Origin: an uncultured Mollicutes bacterium | Lineage (GTDB): Bacteria; Bacillota_I; Bacilli_A; RF39; UBA660 | Length of the DNA: 64,000 nt | Direction of reading: 5' to 3' | Assembly (NCBI GenBank): GCA_947652375.1 | Contig: CANTCS010000001.1 | Coordinates: 824 to 64,823 of the forward strand | Shown: in pieces, positions 28,997 to 40,076 of the stretch | How positions within the stretch are numbered: position 1 is the first letter of the stretch | Layout: every line of letters begins with the position of its first letter | Program-made: the position numbers and the translations under genes | The notes under the pieces: generated by a model | What the model saw: only the letters and a program-made list of their open reading frames with translations | Database searches by the model: none | Told to the model about the DNA's origin: nothing

Positions 28997-29536
28997 TTAC
29001 TTTCTAAAAGGAATTCCAAGTCCATTTAATAAGTCAAATGATTCCTCATTAGTTTTTGCTGTTGTTACGAAAATGATATCCATTCCACGTACTTTTACAA
29101 CATCATCATAATCAATCTCTTGGAAGATTAATTGTTCTTTAATTCCCATTGTATAGTTTCCACGTCCATCAAATGCTTTTGGGCTAACTCCACGGAAATC
29201 TCTAACACCTGGAAGTGAAATTGAAATTAACTTATCCATAAAGTTATACATATTTTCTCCTCTTAGTGTTACTTTACAACCAATTGCTTGACCTTCTCTT
29301 ACTTTAAATCCAGCAATTGATTTCTTTGCTTTTGTTATTACTGGCTTTTGACCAGATATTTTTGTTAAATCTGCTACTGCTGCATCTAATAATTTAGAAT
29401 TAGTAGTTGCATCTCCAACTCCCATATTAATAACGATTTTTTCTAATTTTGGAACTTCCATTAATGACTTATAATTATATTTTTCTTTTAAACTTGAAAC
29501 TACTTCATTTAAGTATTTCTCTTTTAGGCGGTTCAT
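28997..29536 (-). CDS. rplE: 50S ribosomal protein L5
   Basis: [21 protein letters not shown]. Confidence 0.99.
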   Translation of the reverse strand: MNRLKEKYLNEVVSSLKEKYNYKSLMEVPKLEKIVINMGVGDATTNSKLLDAAVADLTKISGQKPVITKAKKSIAGFKVREGQAIGCKVTLRGENMYNFMDKLISISLPGVRDFRGVSPKAFDGRGNYTMGIKEQLIFQEIDYDDVVKVRGMDIIFVTTAKTNEESFDLLNGLGIPFRK

Positions 29537-29553
29537 AATTACCCTCCTTCCAA

Positions 29554-29865
29554 CTAATCAATCTTCTCATTAGATTTTTTTGTTATTCTTATTTTTTTAC
29601 CTGTTTTACTATCAGTTGTATGTCCTATTCTAGTTCTTTTCTTAGTTTTAGGATCAATTATCATAACATTTGATGCATTAATTGGTCTTTCAACCTCAAT
29701 AATACCACCATTATCTTGTCCTGTAGGCTTTTGATGTTTCTTTACAATGTGAACACCTTCAACAACTACTTTATTTTCTGCTTTTAATGTTTTAATTATT
29801 TTTCCTTTTTTACCTTTATCAGAACCAGTGATAACTACAACTTCATCTCCTACTTTAAAGTTCAT
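29554..29865 (-). CDS. rplX: 50S ribosomal protein L24
   Basis: [29 protein letters not shown]. Confidence 0.98.
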   Translation of the reverse strand: MNFKVGDEVVVITGSDKGKKGKIIKTLKAENKVVVEGVHIVKKHQKPTGQDNGGIIEVERPINASNVMIIDPKTKKRTRIGHTTDSKTGKKIRITKKSNEKID

Positions 29866-29878
29866 ATTTATCCTCCTC

Positions 29879-30247
29879 TTATAGTACTTCTTTTGCTAAA
29901 GATACTATTTTCATAAAATCTTTATCACGAAGTTCTCTTGCTACTGGTCCAAAAATACGAGTTCCTATTGGACTCTTGTCATCACGAATGATAACACAAG
30001 CATTGTCATCGAACTTAATATAACTTCCATCTTCACGACGAACGCCTTGACGACTACGAACGATAACTGCTTTTACAACTTTTCCTTTTGGAATTGGTGA
30101 GTTTGGAATTGCGCTTTTAACTGTTCCAACTACTATATCACCAATGTTACCTGTTTTTACTTTACTTCCACCTAATACACGAATTACTAATAGTTCACGT
30201 GCACCAGAATTGTCAGCAACTTTCATACGGCTTTCTTGTTGTAACAT
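29879..30247 (-). CDS. rplN: 50S ribosomal protein L14
   Basis: [20 protein letters not shown]. Confidence 0.99.
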   Translation of the reverse strand: MLQQESRMKVADNSGARELLVIRVLGGSKVKTGNIGDIVVGTVKSAIPNSPIPKGKVVKAVIVRSRQGVRREDGSYIKFDDNACVIIRDDKSPIGTRIFGPVARELRDKDFMKIVSLAKEVL

Positions 30248-30277
30248 AGATTATTCCTCCTTCTCCTCATCTAAGCG

Positions 30278-30538
30278 TTAAATAATAACTGCTTCTTTTA
30301 CTATTTCTTTTAAATAGAAATGTTTTGTTTTTGATAATGGTCTAGTTTCTACTATACGAACAGTATCTCCAACTTTTGCTATATTTTTTTCATCATGTAC
30401 ACAATATTTTTTTGAGCTTTTAACTCTTTTGTGATATAACGGATGGTTTTTATAAGTTTCGACTAAAACACTGATTGTTTTATCATTAGTGGCACTTACT
30501 ACTTTACCAACTAATTCTTTTTTTACTTTCTTTTCCAC
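30278..30538 (-). CDS. rpsQ: 30S ribosomal protein S17
   Basis: [18 protein letters not shown]. Confidence 0.98.
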   Translation of the reverse strand: MEKKVKKELVGKVVSATNDKTISVLVETYKNHPLYHKRVKSSKKYCVHDEKNIAKVGDTVRIVETRPLSKTKHFYLKEIVKEAVII

Positions 30539-30549
30539 TGTATACCCTC

Positions 30550-30744
30550 CTATTCGTTATTCTCACGTTCTTTTAGAACGGTTTTCAATCTAGCAACGGT
30601 GTGTCTTAAATCTCTAATTCTAGAAGGTTTTTCTAAGTTACCAGTTGCTTGTTGAAAACGTAAATTAAATAGTTCTTCTTTAGATTCAACTAGTTTCTTG
30701 TTGATTTCTTCAGTTGATAATTCTCTTATTTCCTTAACCTTCAT
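30550..30744 (-). CDS. rpmC: 50S ribosomal protein L29 (start re-called at 30744)
   Basis: [14 protein letters not shown]...RI..ARLKT. Confidence 0.97.
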   Translation of the reverse strand: MKVKEIRELSTEEINKKLVESKEELFNLRFQQATGNLEKPSRIRDLRHTVARLKTVLKERENNE

Positions 30745-31165
30745 TTTTTTCACCACCATTTTCTTTCATTACAAATTTAGTTGCTACTGGTAGTTTATGA
30801 GAAGCAAGTCTTAATGCTTCACGTGCAACAGCTTCGTCTACACCTGCTATTTCAAACATAATTTTTCCTTCTTTAACTACTGCAACCCATCCTTCAACAT
30901 TACCTTTACCTTTACCTTGTCTTGTACCGATAGGTTTTTTAGTTAATGGCATATGTGGAAAGATATTTATCCAAACTTTACCACCACGTTTCATATAACG
31001 AGTCATTGCAATACGTGCAGCTTCTATTTGGTTAGCTGTTATCCAAGCACCTTCTTTTGCTTGAAGACCATATTCACCAAAATGTAACTCTCTATTACCA
31101 CGTGATCTTCCTTCGTAAGGTAATCTATGAACACGACGATATTTAGTTCTTGACGGTATTAACAT
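30734..31165 (-). CDS. rplP: 50S ribosomal protein L16
   Basis: [25 protein letters not shown]. Confidence 0.99.
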   Translation of the reverse strand: MLIPSRTKYRRVHRLPYEGRSRGNRELHFGEYGLQAKEGAWITANQIEAARIAMTRYMKRGGKVWINIFPHMPLTKKPIGTRQGKGKGNVEGWVAVVKEGKIMFEIAGVDEAVAREALRLASHKLPVATKFVMKENGGEKNEG

Positions 31166-31166
31166 A

Positions 31167-31817
31167 TTAATTACCTCCTTTAGCCTTTTTATTTAGGATT
31201 TCTCCTTTATAGATCCAAACCTTTACACCAATTTTTCCAAATGTTGTATCAGCTTCTGCTGTTGCATAATCAACATCTGCTCTTAAAGTATGTAGAGGAA
31301 TAGTTCCTTCTGTATATCCTTCACTACGAGCCATATCTGCTCCACCTAAACGTCCAGATACACTTGTTTTGATTCCTTTTGCTCCAGCTTTCATTGCATT
31401 TCTAATTGCACGTTTTTGAGCCATACGGAATGAAGCTCTATTAGTTATTTGATTTGCAATATTATCTGCTACTAATTGAGCATTTATATCTGCCTTTTTA
31501 ATATCAACGATTGAGATTCCAATATTTTCATCTGCAACCTTTGAAAGTTGTTTTTTTAATTTTTCTATTTCTTCTCCACCGTGTCCAATCATAACACCTG
31601 GTTTAGAAGTATGAATTACAACTTCACATCTCTTAGCATTTCTTTCAATTTCAACTTTAGCAATTCCAGCATTTGATAAATTTTTGTCTAAATATTCACG
31701 AATTTTAACATCTGTAGCTAAATACTTAGAAAAGTCTGCTTTATTACTATACCATTTTGCTTCCCAGTCTTTATTGATACCAAGTCTTAGTCCATTAGGA
31801 TTTACCTTTTGTCCCAT
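31167..31817 (-). CDS. rpsC: 30S ribosomal protein S3
   Basis: [30 protein letters not shown]. Confidence 0.99.
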   Translation of the reverse strand: MGQKVNPNGLRLGINKDWEAKWYSNKADFSKYLATDVKIREYLDKNLSNAGIAKVEIERNAKRCEVVIHTSKPGVMIGHGGEEIEKLKKQLSKVADENIGISIVDIKKADINAQLVADNIANQITNRASFRMAQKRAIRNAMKAGAKGIKTSVSGRLGGADMARSEGYTEGTIPLHTLRADVDYATAEADTTFGKIGVKVWIYKGEILNKKAKGGN

Positions 31818-31832
31818 TTTGTAACCTCCTTA

Positions 31833-32168
31833 TTAGTTTTTTGTAGCCACTACTATATTAATGTGACTAGTTCTATGATTTCTGTGTCCTATATGTGAAC
31901 GTGAATCGAAAAAGTGACGTTTCATAACAGGACCGGCATCTACTCTTGCTTCTTTAACATAAAGTGCTCCTGCATCTGCACCATTATTATTAACAGCATT
32001 TGCAATAGCAGAATCTAATACTTTTTTTGTTAATCTTGCTGATTTATTGTTAACATTACTTAATATGGTTAATGCTTCTTGAACACTCTTACCACGAATC
32101 ATATCAGAAACTAAACGAGCTCTGATAGGTGATACTCTTAGTCCTTTAGCAATTGCTTTTGCTTCCAT
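31833..32168 (-). CDS. rplV: 50S ribosomal protein L22 (divergent tunnel loop)
   Basis: R.SP..ARLV.D.IRGK, SAIANA.NN, RTSHI.IVV; operon position. Confidence 0.97.
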   Translation of the reverse strand: MEAKAIAKGLRVSPIRARLVSDMIRGKSVQEALTILSNVNNKSARLTKKVLDSAIANAVNNNGADAGALYVKEARVDAGPVMKRHFFDSRSHIGHRNHRTSHINIVVATKN

Positions 32169-32191
32169 ATATTTAACCTCCTAGTCATTTT

Positions 32192-32461
32192 TTATTTCTT
32201 TTTGTCTGAACCATGTCCACCAAATTTACGTGTTAATGCAAATTCACCTAATTTATGTCCAACCATGTCTTCAGTTACGTATACTGGAATAAATTCTTTT
32301 CCATTATGTACTGCAAATGTATGTCCTATAAAATCAGGAAAAATAGTGGAACGGCGTGACCAAGTTTTAATGACTTCTTTTTTTCCAGACTTATTTAATT
32401 TTTGAACCTTTTTTAATAATCTTTTAAATACATAAGGTCCTTTTTTTAAACTTCTTGCCAT
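32192..32461 (-). CDS. rpsS: 30S ribosomal protein S19
   Basis: [25 protein letters not shown]. Confidence 0.99.
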   Translation of the reverse strand: MARSLKKGPYVFKRLLKKVQKLNKSGKKEVIKTWSRRSTIFPDFIGHTFAVHNGKEFIPVYVTEDMVGHKLGEFALTRKFGGHGSDKKK

Positions 32462-32478
32462 TTTTTAATCATCCTTTC

Positions 32479-33309
32479 CTATTTACTATTGCGACGACGT
32501 ACTATGAACTTGTCAGATTGTTTTTTCTTACGTGTCTTTAATCCAAGTGCAGGTTTACCCCATGGTGTCATTGGAGCTTTACGTCCAACTGGAGCACGAC
32601 CTTCACCTCCACCATGTGGATGGTCATTAGGATTCATAACTGAACCACGAACTGTAGGTCTAATACCCATGTGACGACTACGTCCAGCTTTACCAACTTT
32701 AACTAGTGATGAGTCTTCATTTCCAACTTCACCAACTGTTGCCATACATGTTCCTAATATTTTTCTTTGTTCTCCACTTGATAAACGAATCATAACATAT
32801 GAATTTTCACGACCAAGTATTTGAGCTGAAGCACCAGCACTTCTTGCTAATTCTCCACCTTTTCCAGGACGTAATTCAATATTATGAATCATTGTTCCTA
32901 CTGGAATACTCATTATTGGTAAAGCGTTACCAACTTTGATATCAGCATTTTCACCAGCTTCAATTTTATCTCCAACTTTTAAACCTTTTGGTGCGATAAT
33001 ATATCTTTTTTCTCCATCTGCATAATTGATTAATGCAATATTTGCAGTTCTATTTGGATCATATTCAATACTTGCTACTGACCCAGGTACGTTTAGCTTA
33101 TTTCTTTTAAAATCAATGATACGATATTTTCTTTTTTCACCGCCACCATGATGACGTACTGTTATCTTACCTTGATTGTTACGGCCACCATTTTTCTTAA
33201 TAGTAACTGTAAGAGATTTTTCTGGAGTGCTAGTTGTGATTTCTTCATTTATTAATGCACTCATCTTTCTACGTCCTGGTGTAGTAGGTTTATAATTTCT
33301 GATTGCCAT
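32479..33309 (-). CDS. rplB: 50S ribosomal protein L2
   Basis: [33 protein letters not shown]. Confidence 0.99.
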   Translation of the reverse strand: MAIRNYKPTTPGRRKMSALINEEITTSTPEKSLTVTIKKNGGRNNQGKITVRHHGGGEKRKYRIIDFKRNKLNVPGSVASIEYDPNRTANIALINYADGEKRYIIAPKGLKVGDKIEAGENADIKVGNALPIMSIPVGTMIHNIELRPGKGGELARSAGASAQILGRENSYVMIRLSSGEQRKILGTCMATVGEVGNEDSSLVKVGKAGRSRHMGIRPTVRGSVMNPNDHPHGGGEGRAPVGRKAPMTPWGKPALGLKTRKKKQSDKFIVRRRNSK

Positions 33310-33325
33310 AATTTATTTCCTCCTT

Positions 33326-33610
33326 CTAACCAAGATCAATTGTTTGTCCTTCTGCAAGAGTAACAATTGCTTTTTTTGAACGATTAGTTAATCCTGTATA
33401 ACGACCAACTCTTCTTTTTTTAGGTACTACATTAATTGTTCTAATTGATGTTACCTTTACATTGAATATTTTTTCAATTGCTTGTTTAATTTCAATTTTA
33501 TTTGCTTTTGGATCAACTTTGAAAGTATATTTTCCTTGATTTAAAGCATTTTGTGATTTTTCAGTTATAACTGGTGCTTTAATTATTTCTAAATATTTAG
33601 TATCTTTCAT
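33326..33610 (-). CDS. rplW: 50S ribosomal protein L23
   Basis: [31 protein letters not shown]. Confidence 0.98.
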   Translation of the reverse strand: MKDTKYLEIIKAPVITEKSQNALNQGKYTFKVDPKANKIEIKQAIEKIFNVKVTSIRTINVVPKKRRVGRYTGLTNRSKKAIVTLAEGQTIDLG

Positions 33611-34236
33611 TATTTAAGCACCTCCTCAACAAATTTTAATGCATCTTCTGTAATAAGCATTACATCAGTTCCTACGATATCTAATACGTTTATTTCATCT
33701 GCTAAAATTAGTACAATATTTTGAAGATTTCTTGATGCTAAGATTAAATTTTCATCAAATTCTTTAACAACCATTAAAATTTTCTTATCTGTAACTTTTA
33801 AGGCTTCTAAAATATTTAATACTTCTTTAGTTTTTGGTGTTGCTACTGTTAAATTATCTACTACAATAATTTCTTTAGCATTTGCTTTTTCTGCTAATGC
33901 TGATTTAATAGCAAGTACTCTTTCTTTACGATTTTGTTTTTTACTGTAATCTCTAGGTACTGGAGTTCCATAATTTCCTCCACCTACCCATTGAACAGAT
34001 CTAATTGAACCTTGACGTGCACGTCCAGTTCCTTTTTGTCTCCATGGTTTTCTTCCTCCACCAGAAACTTCTGAACGATTTTTAGTTTTATGTGTTCCTT
34101 GTCTTAATGATGCCATTGTTAATATTATTGCATCATTTAAAACAGCTTTGTTTGGTGTAATTTCAAATATTTCTTCGTTTAAATTAATGTCTCTAACTTT
34201 TTCACCTTTAAGATTTAAAAGTTCTACTTTTTTCAT
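33610..34236 (-). CDS. rplD: 50S ribosomal protein L4
   Basis: [24 protein letters not shown]. Confidence 0.99.
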   Translation of the reverse strand: MKKVELLNLKGEKVRDINLNEEIFEITPNKAVLNDAIILTMASLRQGTHKTKNRSEVSGGGRKPWRQKGTGRARQGSIRSVQWVGGGNYGTPVPRDYSKKQNRKERVLAIKSALAEKANAKEIIVVDNLTVATPKTKEVLNILEALKVTDKKILMVVKEFDENLILASRNLQNIVLILADEINVLDIVGTDVMLITEDALKFVEEVLK

Positions 34237-34298
34237 TTACGATTCCTCCTTTCATCACTTTTTAATAAATTATTTTTTCTTATTTTATTGTGATGATT

Positions 34299-35021
34299 TT
34301 ATTCAACTGTTGTTTCTTCAGTTGTTGTAACTTCAGCAGCTTCTTCTACTACTGGTTCAACATATGAAATTAAATCAGCAGCATTATTTTTTGCATTTGG
34401 TTTTTTAACTGCAGTATGAATCATAACTAATGATTTCTTTGGACCAGGAACATTACCTTTTACTAAAATTACACTATTTTCTGTATCTACTGATACAATT
34501 TCAAGATTTTGAACTGTTCTTTGAACATTACCCATTTGACCAGGCATTTTCTTACCTTTAAGTACATGCATTGGTAGCATAGTACCTAAAGAACCAACTC
34601 CTCTATGGTATTGTGAACCGTGTCCCATAGGACCAGTTGATTGATTGTGGCGTTTAATAACACCTTGGAACCCTTTACCTTTAGAAGTTCCTGTAACATC
34701 AACAATTTCTCCTGCTTCGAAAATGTCTACACCTATTGTTTGACCTAAAGTGTAATCATTAACATTAACTCCTCTAATCTCTCTTAAGAAGCGCTTAGGT
34801 GTTGTGTTAGCTTTATTTGTATGACCCATTTTTGGTTTGTTGCTTAATTTTTCTCTGATAGAACCAGTTGCAATTTGAATAGCATCATAACCATCTTTTT
34901 CTGTTGTTTTTATTTGTGTAACCACATTTGGTTCTACTTCTACAACAGTAACCGGAATTAATTTACCTTCTTTAGTAAATACTTGAGTCATTCCGATTTT
35001 TGTACCTAAGATTCCTTTCAT
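34299..35021 (-). CDS. rplC: 50S ribosomal protein L3 with acidic C-terminal tail (start re-called at 35021)
   Basis: [23 protein letters not shown]; SD GGAGG before ATG 35021. Confidence 0.98.
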   Translation of the reverse strand: MKGILGTKIGMTQVFTKEGKLIPVTVVEVEPNVVTQIKTTEKDGYDAIQIATGSIREKLSNKPKMGHTNKANTTPKRFLREIRGVNVNDYTLGQTIGVDIFEAGEIVDVTGTSKGKGFQGVIKRHNQSTGPMGHGSQYHRGVGSLGTMLPMHVLKGKKMPGQMGNVQRTVQNLEIVSVDTENSVILVKGNVPGPKKSLVMIHTAVKKPNAKNNAADLISYVEPVVEEAAEVTTTEETTVE

Positions 35022-35035
35022 TACTATTTCCTCCA

Positions 35036-35347
35036 TTATTTAGTTTTAATTTCGATATCTACTCCGCTTGGTAAATCTAAATGAGCTAAAGCATCAATAG
35101 TTTCCTTGCTTGGATTTTTGATATCAATTAGTCTTTTGTGTGTACGCATTTCGAATTGTTCACGTGAATCTTTATATTTATGAACAGCTCTTAAAATTGT
35201 ATATTTTTCAATCTCTGTTGGAAGTGGTACTGGACCTGAAATATTTCCACCAGTTCTTCTTACTGTTTCAACAATTTTTTTTGCTGCATTATCCAATATT
35301 CTGTGATCGTATGCTTTAATTCTAATACGAATTTTTTCTGTTGACAT
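35036..35347 (-). CDS. rpsJ: 30S ribosomal protein S10
   Basis: [29 protein letters not shown]. Confidence 0.99.
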   Translation of the reverse strand: MSTEKIRIRIKAYDHRILDNAAKKIVETVRRTGGNISGPVPLPTEIEKYTILRAVHKYKDSREQFEMRTHKRLIDIKNPSKETIDALAHLDLPSGVDIEIKTK

Positions 35348-35354
35348 TTTTTAA

Positions 35355-35466
35355 AATCCTCCCTTCGCCTATATCTAGTATAGACTTGCTCCGAACGAAT
35401 AACCCGATAACCAACTATCAACTTAACCTGGTGTATCAGCAACCTCGTACATCTAAGCAGTCACAC
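35355..35466 (-). promoter_or_regulatory. Structured S10-operon leader RNA (Bacilli type)
   Basis: GC-richer 5' UTR with GAGGTTGCTGA.ACACC...GGAG..AGTCTA...TAGGCGAAGGGAGG, resembling the Bacillus rpsJ leader. Confidence 0.65.
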
Positions 35467-35473
35467 GAAATAA

Positions 35474-35502
35474 ATTATAACAGTAGTTTCTTTATTTTGC
35501 AA
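35474..35502 (-). promoter_or_regulatory. SigA promoter of S10 operon
   Basis: TTGCAA-17 bp-TATAAT with extended -10 TG. Confidence 0.75.
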
Positions 35503-36073
35503 GGCTTTTTCGAGTTTTTTTTGCAAAATTTTTTTTATTTTCTAAATTTAGAAATTTTTTTATTCTAATTTAATTAAATTCATTTAAAAAGTTTATTCAT
35601 TTTTTATAAATATAAAATATTCTTAGATTTCCTAAAACGTACAGTTAATTTTAACAAAAATGTTTTTTAATATATCACTTCAACTTAAATATATTGATAA
35701 TATTGCATTTAATTGATTAGATTTTTATAAGATTAGAAGAAAAAATATATATTTTTTTGTTTGAGTATTTCTTTCTAATCTAAATTTTTTATAATCTTTA
35801 GTTTACGAAGTTTAATATTTTTTAAGTTTGATATAGACATGTACTTTTAAATTCTCACTAAAAAACAAAGAAATTATAATAAAATATTGTTAATCTTTCT
35901 TACAAAAAGTTTTTTCAATATTAAAAACAACTTTGATGTTTAAAAATAGAAATTTATAAATTTATAAAAAATGTTTCAAAAATTTTTTTCTTTCTTAAAA
36001 CTAATTTTTTAATTTAAAGTTTCCTAAACTTATTTCATTTATTTGTTTATTAATCTGACAAAAAAATATTTTC

Positions 36074-36102
36074 TTGAAAAAAATTATTAATAGTGTTATA
36101 AT
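36074..36102 (+). promoter_or_regulatory. SigA promoter of alpha/beta hydrolase gene
   Basis: TTGAAA-17 bp-TATAAT with extended -10 TG. Confidence 0.65.
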
Positions 36103-36147
36103 ATGTGAAACTTTTAAGTATCTTATAAAGTTTAAAGGAGATAAATT

Positions 36148-37197
36148 ATGGGTAATATTTGTGTTTTTGCAAAATGGGATTTAAAGAAAAAAGATTGGAG
36201 AACTCCTGTTTTTGAGGAATATGGTAGAAGTTTTGCAATTTCAAGTTATGCAACAATTAATAATTCTGGTGATATGACAAATTATATAATTTCTGCACAA
36301 GGAACAAGAGTAGAAGATCATTCTAAAAATTTTAAAACTATTAAAGAATCTAAAGCTCACATAGACAATATAATAAAATATTTCGAAAATAAAACTGGAA
36401 AGTATAGTATTAAATATTTTATGATGGATGCTGATTCTCCTATTATAGAGGATGCTAAACTATTAGCTAAATATATTGATAATCTAGCAATTTTACCAAC
36501 AACAAATTCGATAAATATAATTGGATTGTCAAAGTGCAGTGCAATGAACTTTTATGTACCAAGGTTTTTTAATAAAGTAGAGTCTTTTGAAAAGACTAAT
36601 ATGTTCAATATAGCTACTCCATATACGGGAACAAGACTGGCTTCTCCACAATATTTTTATCCAGATATCTTAAAACTTATCACAAGTAAAGTAGGCGATA
36701 ATCATTTAGCAGAAATGATTTATAGTAAATTAATTGATGTTTATGAGGGGGTAAGTAGTAATTCTCATATGGATTATGATATTGCAATGCCTGGAGGAAT
36801 TTCTTCAGAGAAATTCTCGGTTTATGATAAGGATTTTATTAAAAATATTTTTTCCACAGAAAATGTTCAAGCTATTAAGCAATTAAATTATTTTCAGAAT
36901 ATAATAACTGGTATTGATAAAAACACTTGGAAAGAAGCCATGGCAACTTTAAATTTTACAGGTTTAGGTTTGTGTCTTCTAGATGATTTATTCTTTGATA
37001 ATAAATCTGATGGAATGGTTTTCGTTGAAGCACAAAGAGAAGTGGAAAAAGTATTAGACATTAAAAGTCATATATTGAAATCTACTCATCATGACACTAT
37101 GGGTATTAAAAGAGCAGTTAATGAAATTTTAGGTTTAGTGGAAGATAATATTAATGAAACGAATGAAAAGAAAGTTTTTTATAAAAAAAATAAGTAA
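36148..37197 (+). CDS. Alpha/beta hydrolase, lipase-like
   Basis: IIGLSKCS elbow, IATPYTGT, SDGMV, C-terminal THH; SD AAGGAG. Confidence 0.65.
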   Translation: MGNICVFAKWDLKKKDWRTPVFEEYGRSFAISSYATINNSGDMTNYIISAQGTRVEDHSKNFKTIKESKAHIDNIIKYFENKTGKYSIKYFMMDADSPIIEDAKLLAKYIDNLAILPTTNSINIIGLSKCSAMNFYVPRFFNKVESFEKTNMFNIATPYTGTRLASPQYFYPDILKLITSKVGDNHLAEMIYSKLIDVYEGVSSNSHMDYDIAMPGGISSEKFSVYDKDFIKNIFSTENVQAIKQLNYFQNIITGIDKNTWKEAMATLNFTGLGLCLLDDLFFDNKSDGMVFVEAQREVEKVLDIKSHILKSTHHDTMGIKRAVNEILGLVEDNINETNEKKVFYKKNK

Positions 37198-37225
37198 CTT
37201 AAGAAAGATTTTAAGTTACTTTTTT
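37192..37225. terminator. Bidirectional terminator
   Basis: AAGTAACTTAA...TTAAGTTACTT followed by a T-run. Confidence 0.7.
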
Positions 37226-37233
37226 ATGATTTT

Positions 37234-38460
37234 TTAGCTTTTATATTGGTGCTTTGATTTAAAATTTCCAATTACTTTTAAAGAAGCTGGAGCAACTATT
37301 GATTTACCAAATTTCTTATTAATATTATCCATAGTTTTTTGAATGTTAGTTTCATCTTTTTTTATTTCTTGATTTATATCAAATAACGAAAGTTGCTTTT
37401 CATTTGTATTTTTGAGGTCTGATAATCTTACACCAATCAAACGAATTGCCTCTCGTTTAAAACTTTTGTCGAAAACTTCAAGGATTTTTTTATAAATTTC
37501 TTTAGTATCATCTGTTGGATTAGGTAACTTGGTTTGAGCAGAATAACTAATAAAATCTTTATTTTTATAAATTACAGCTACTGTTTTTGTATATAGTTTT
37601 TTTGATCTTAATTCATGAGTTACTTCAAGTGTTTGTCGAAATATAATTTCTTTTATTTTTTCTTCATCATCTAAATCAAAAGGTAAAGTCTCTGTTGTGC
37701 TTATACTTTTATTTTTACTATTTGTTGTTTCTACTTTAGAATTATCAATTCCCCATGCTGCTTCTTGCAAAAATTTTCCTTGACTTTTAAGTTTTTGTTG
37801 CAACATTTTTGAATCAGCATGAGCTAAATCTTTAATTGTATAAATTTTCATCTCATTTAAGATTTTTTTACTACTTTTTCCACACATGAATAACTTTTCA
37901 ACATCTAAAGGCCAGAGTTTTTTTTCTATTTCATTTTTAAATAAAGTATGAACTTTATTAGGTTTTTCAAAATCACTTGCCATTTTGGCACATAATTTGT
38001 TATTTCCTATTCCAATATTAACAGTAAAACCATATAATTTATAAATATCATCTTTTATTTTGTAAGCTAATTTTAAATAATCATTATATAAATATTTTGT
38101 TCCAGTCATATCTAAAAAACATTCATCTATAGAAAATTGCTCAATTATAGGTGAATATTTTTCTAAATAATTTACTAAATTTTTTGACTGTATATAATAA
38201 ATTTTAAAGTCTGGAGAATATATTTTTAAAAAAGGGCATTTTTGTTTAGCATTGTATATTGTGTCAGCAGTTTTTATGCCATATTTTTTTGCTATTGGAG
38301 ATTTGGCTAATACGACTCCTTGACGTTTATGTTCATCTCCGCCGATTATTGATGGTATTTCTCTTATGTCTAAATTACAACCATTTTTTAGGAGTTCTAC
38401 TGCTGTCCAAGATAAAAAAGCATTATTAACATCAACGTGAAAGATAATTCTATTTTCCAT
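37234..38460 (-). CDS. dinB: DNA polymerase IV
   Basis: IFHVDVNNAFLS, SIDECFLD, AKMASDFEKP, IRLIGV. Confidence 0.95.
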   Translation of the reverse strand: MENRIIFHVDVNNAFLSWTAVELLKNGCNLDIREIPSIIGGDEHKRQGVVLAKSPIAKKYGIKTADTIYNAKQKCPFLKIYSPDFKIYYIQSKNLVNYLEKYSPIIEQFSIDECFLDMTGTKYLYNDYLKLAYKIKDDIYKLYGFTVNIGIGNNKLCAKMASDFEKPNKVHTLFKNEIEKKLWPLDVEKLFMCGKSSKKILNEMKIYTIKDLAHADSKMLQQKLKSQGKFLQEAAWGIDNSKVETTNSKNKSISTTETLPFDLDDEEKIKEIIFRQTLEVTHELRSKKLYTKTVAVIYKNKDFISYSAQTKLPNPTDDTKEIYKKILEVFDKSFKREAIRLIGVRLSDLKNTNEKQLSLFDINQEIKKDETNIQKTMDNINKKFGKSIVAPASLKVIGNFKSKHQYKS

Positions 38461-38712
38461 GCTCTCACCTCTTTTTATATTATAAATATTTAAAAATTTT
38501 GTTATTAACTTTTTGTTCTAGAATTAAAAGTTTTTAGAATCATAGTCTTATTATATGCTATTTTTTAATTAAAAACTTTTCTTTTAATGATATTTTAAAT
38601 ACAAATCTAAAAACATTAGAATATTTTTTATATTTTAAATATAGTTCTAATATTTCTTAAGTTTTTAGAGACAAATTCCATTTTTAAAATTTCCACATTT
38701 ATTGGGGAAACA

Positions 38713-39990
38713 TTAATATATCATATTGTTTAAACAAAAAACTGCATAGATAGGTATATATCTTATATCTTTTTTTGTGGAAAAGTTATTTTCTGTAATG
38801 CGATAGCCTTCTAATACTGTAAATTTTTTCATAAAAACAGATAAAGATTTTGCTTTAGAATTTGTTTTTGTTGTAATTTCGATAGGAAGTATTTGGCCAT
38901 TTCTATTTTGAACTACAAAATTTACTTCAGCTTTTCCTTCAGATTGATAATAAAATAGAGAATAGTTTCCTTCAACTAAAGTTTTTGCTATATGATTTTC
39001 ATATAGTGTTTCTTTTATTTTTTCATCTAAAACAAATTGTTTATAATTTATATGTAACATAGAATATAAAATTCCATCGTCTGGTAAATAAAGTTTAAAG
39101 CTATCTTTTTCTTTACAACTACTAAGTGGGGATTTTATATTTTTTATTTTAAAACTTCTATAAACAATTTGATTATCTACTAAAAAATTTATTGTAGTAT
39201 CATATTCTTTTGCTCTTTTTCCTGTTCCCATTAAACCATATTGAAATTTTTTATTTTCTTTTTGTAATTGAAATGGTATTGAATTAAATACTTCTATTCC
39301 ACGTGGAATATCTATTAATGTTTTATTTATAGCAATTTCTGAAGTATAAACATCGATGATCTTTTGTTTAATTGCATCTATTTGATTAACGTCTTTACCT
39401 TCTAAAGATGCTTTTATTACTTCTGGCATACCACCTGTTTGTAAGTACGATTGGAAGTGGTCGAGTGCTACTTTGTGAAAGGGACATGTTTTATGTTTAA
39501 AAAAAGATTCTCTTATTAACTCTGAAAGACTCTTTTCATTACATGCCCATAGATACTCTTCAAAGTCTAACTCAGTCATACTTTTAAATTGTAATTCCTC
39601 TCCTTTAAACTCTTTTAATTTCTCTCTTCTAGACGTTATCGCTATAATGTGATACTTACTATGCTCACTTCCAAATATCTTTAATCCTTTTATTATAGTA
39701 TTATCTACAACATTATCAAAAATTATTAATGTATCTTCTTTTAATATTGTTTCTCCTGATAATAAAGATAAATTAAGAATAATTTTTTCTGTTGATCTTT
39801 CTTTTAAAAATAACTCTTTAATTTGGAGATTATTAGTTGTATTAAAATAAACTATGTTTTTATATTCTTTTTTTCCAAAGTTTAAGACACTAAATGTTTT
39901 CCCTATTTGTTTAGGTCCAAATAATAATAAAGGTTTTCTCAATAAGTCATTTTTCCACTTAATATAGAATTTATCAATTTTTCGTTCCAT
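38713..39990 (-). CDS. AAA_14 ATPase with DUF4143 domain, degenerate
   Basis: RKPLLLFGPKQIGKT, GGMPEV, FKLYLPD.G, AEVNFVV..PIEI. Confidence 0.85.
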   Translation of the reverse strand: MERKIDKFYIKWKNDLLRKPLLLFGPKQIGKTFSVLNFGKKEYKNIVYFNTTNNLQIKELFLKERSTEKIILNLSLLSGETILKEDTLIIFDNVVDNTIIKGLKIFGSEHSKYHIIAITSRREKLKEFKGEELQFKSMTELDFEEYLWACNEKSLSELIRESFFKHKTCPFHKVALDHFQSYLQTGGMPEVIKASLEGKDVNQIDAIKQKIIDVYTSEIAINKTLIDIPRGIEVFNSIPFQLQKENKKFQYGLMGTGKRAKEYDTTINFLVDNQIVYRSFKIKNIKSPLSSCKEKDSFKLYLPDDGILYSMLHINYKQFVLDEKIKETLYENHIAKTLVEGNYSLFYYQSEGKAEVNFVVQNRNGQILPIEITTKTNSKAKSLSVFMKKFTVLEGYRITENNFSTKKDIRYIPIYAVFCLNNMIY

Positions 39991-40023
39991 TATATGTATC
40001 CTCCTGACATAATTTATATATTA

Positions 40024-40052
40024 AGTATACTTTTTAATTGTTTTTTTGTCAA
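40024..40052 (-). promoter_or_regulatory. SigA promoter of the AAA-DUF4143 gene
   Basis: TTGACA-17 bp-TATACT. Confidence 0.7.
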
Positions 40053-40076
40053 TTAAAAGGACCCTATACTAAGGTC

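Noticed and set aside
35260-35568. ORFs 35260-35442 and 35341-35568
   Set aside because: They overlap the S10 leader RNA and promoter; non-coding structure explains the composition.
38461-38712. LexA (GAAC-N4-GTTC) boxes upstream of dinB, also sought upstream of uvrA and uvrB
   Set aside because: No matching site was found by eye; only half-sites in AT-rich DNA.
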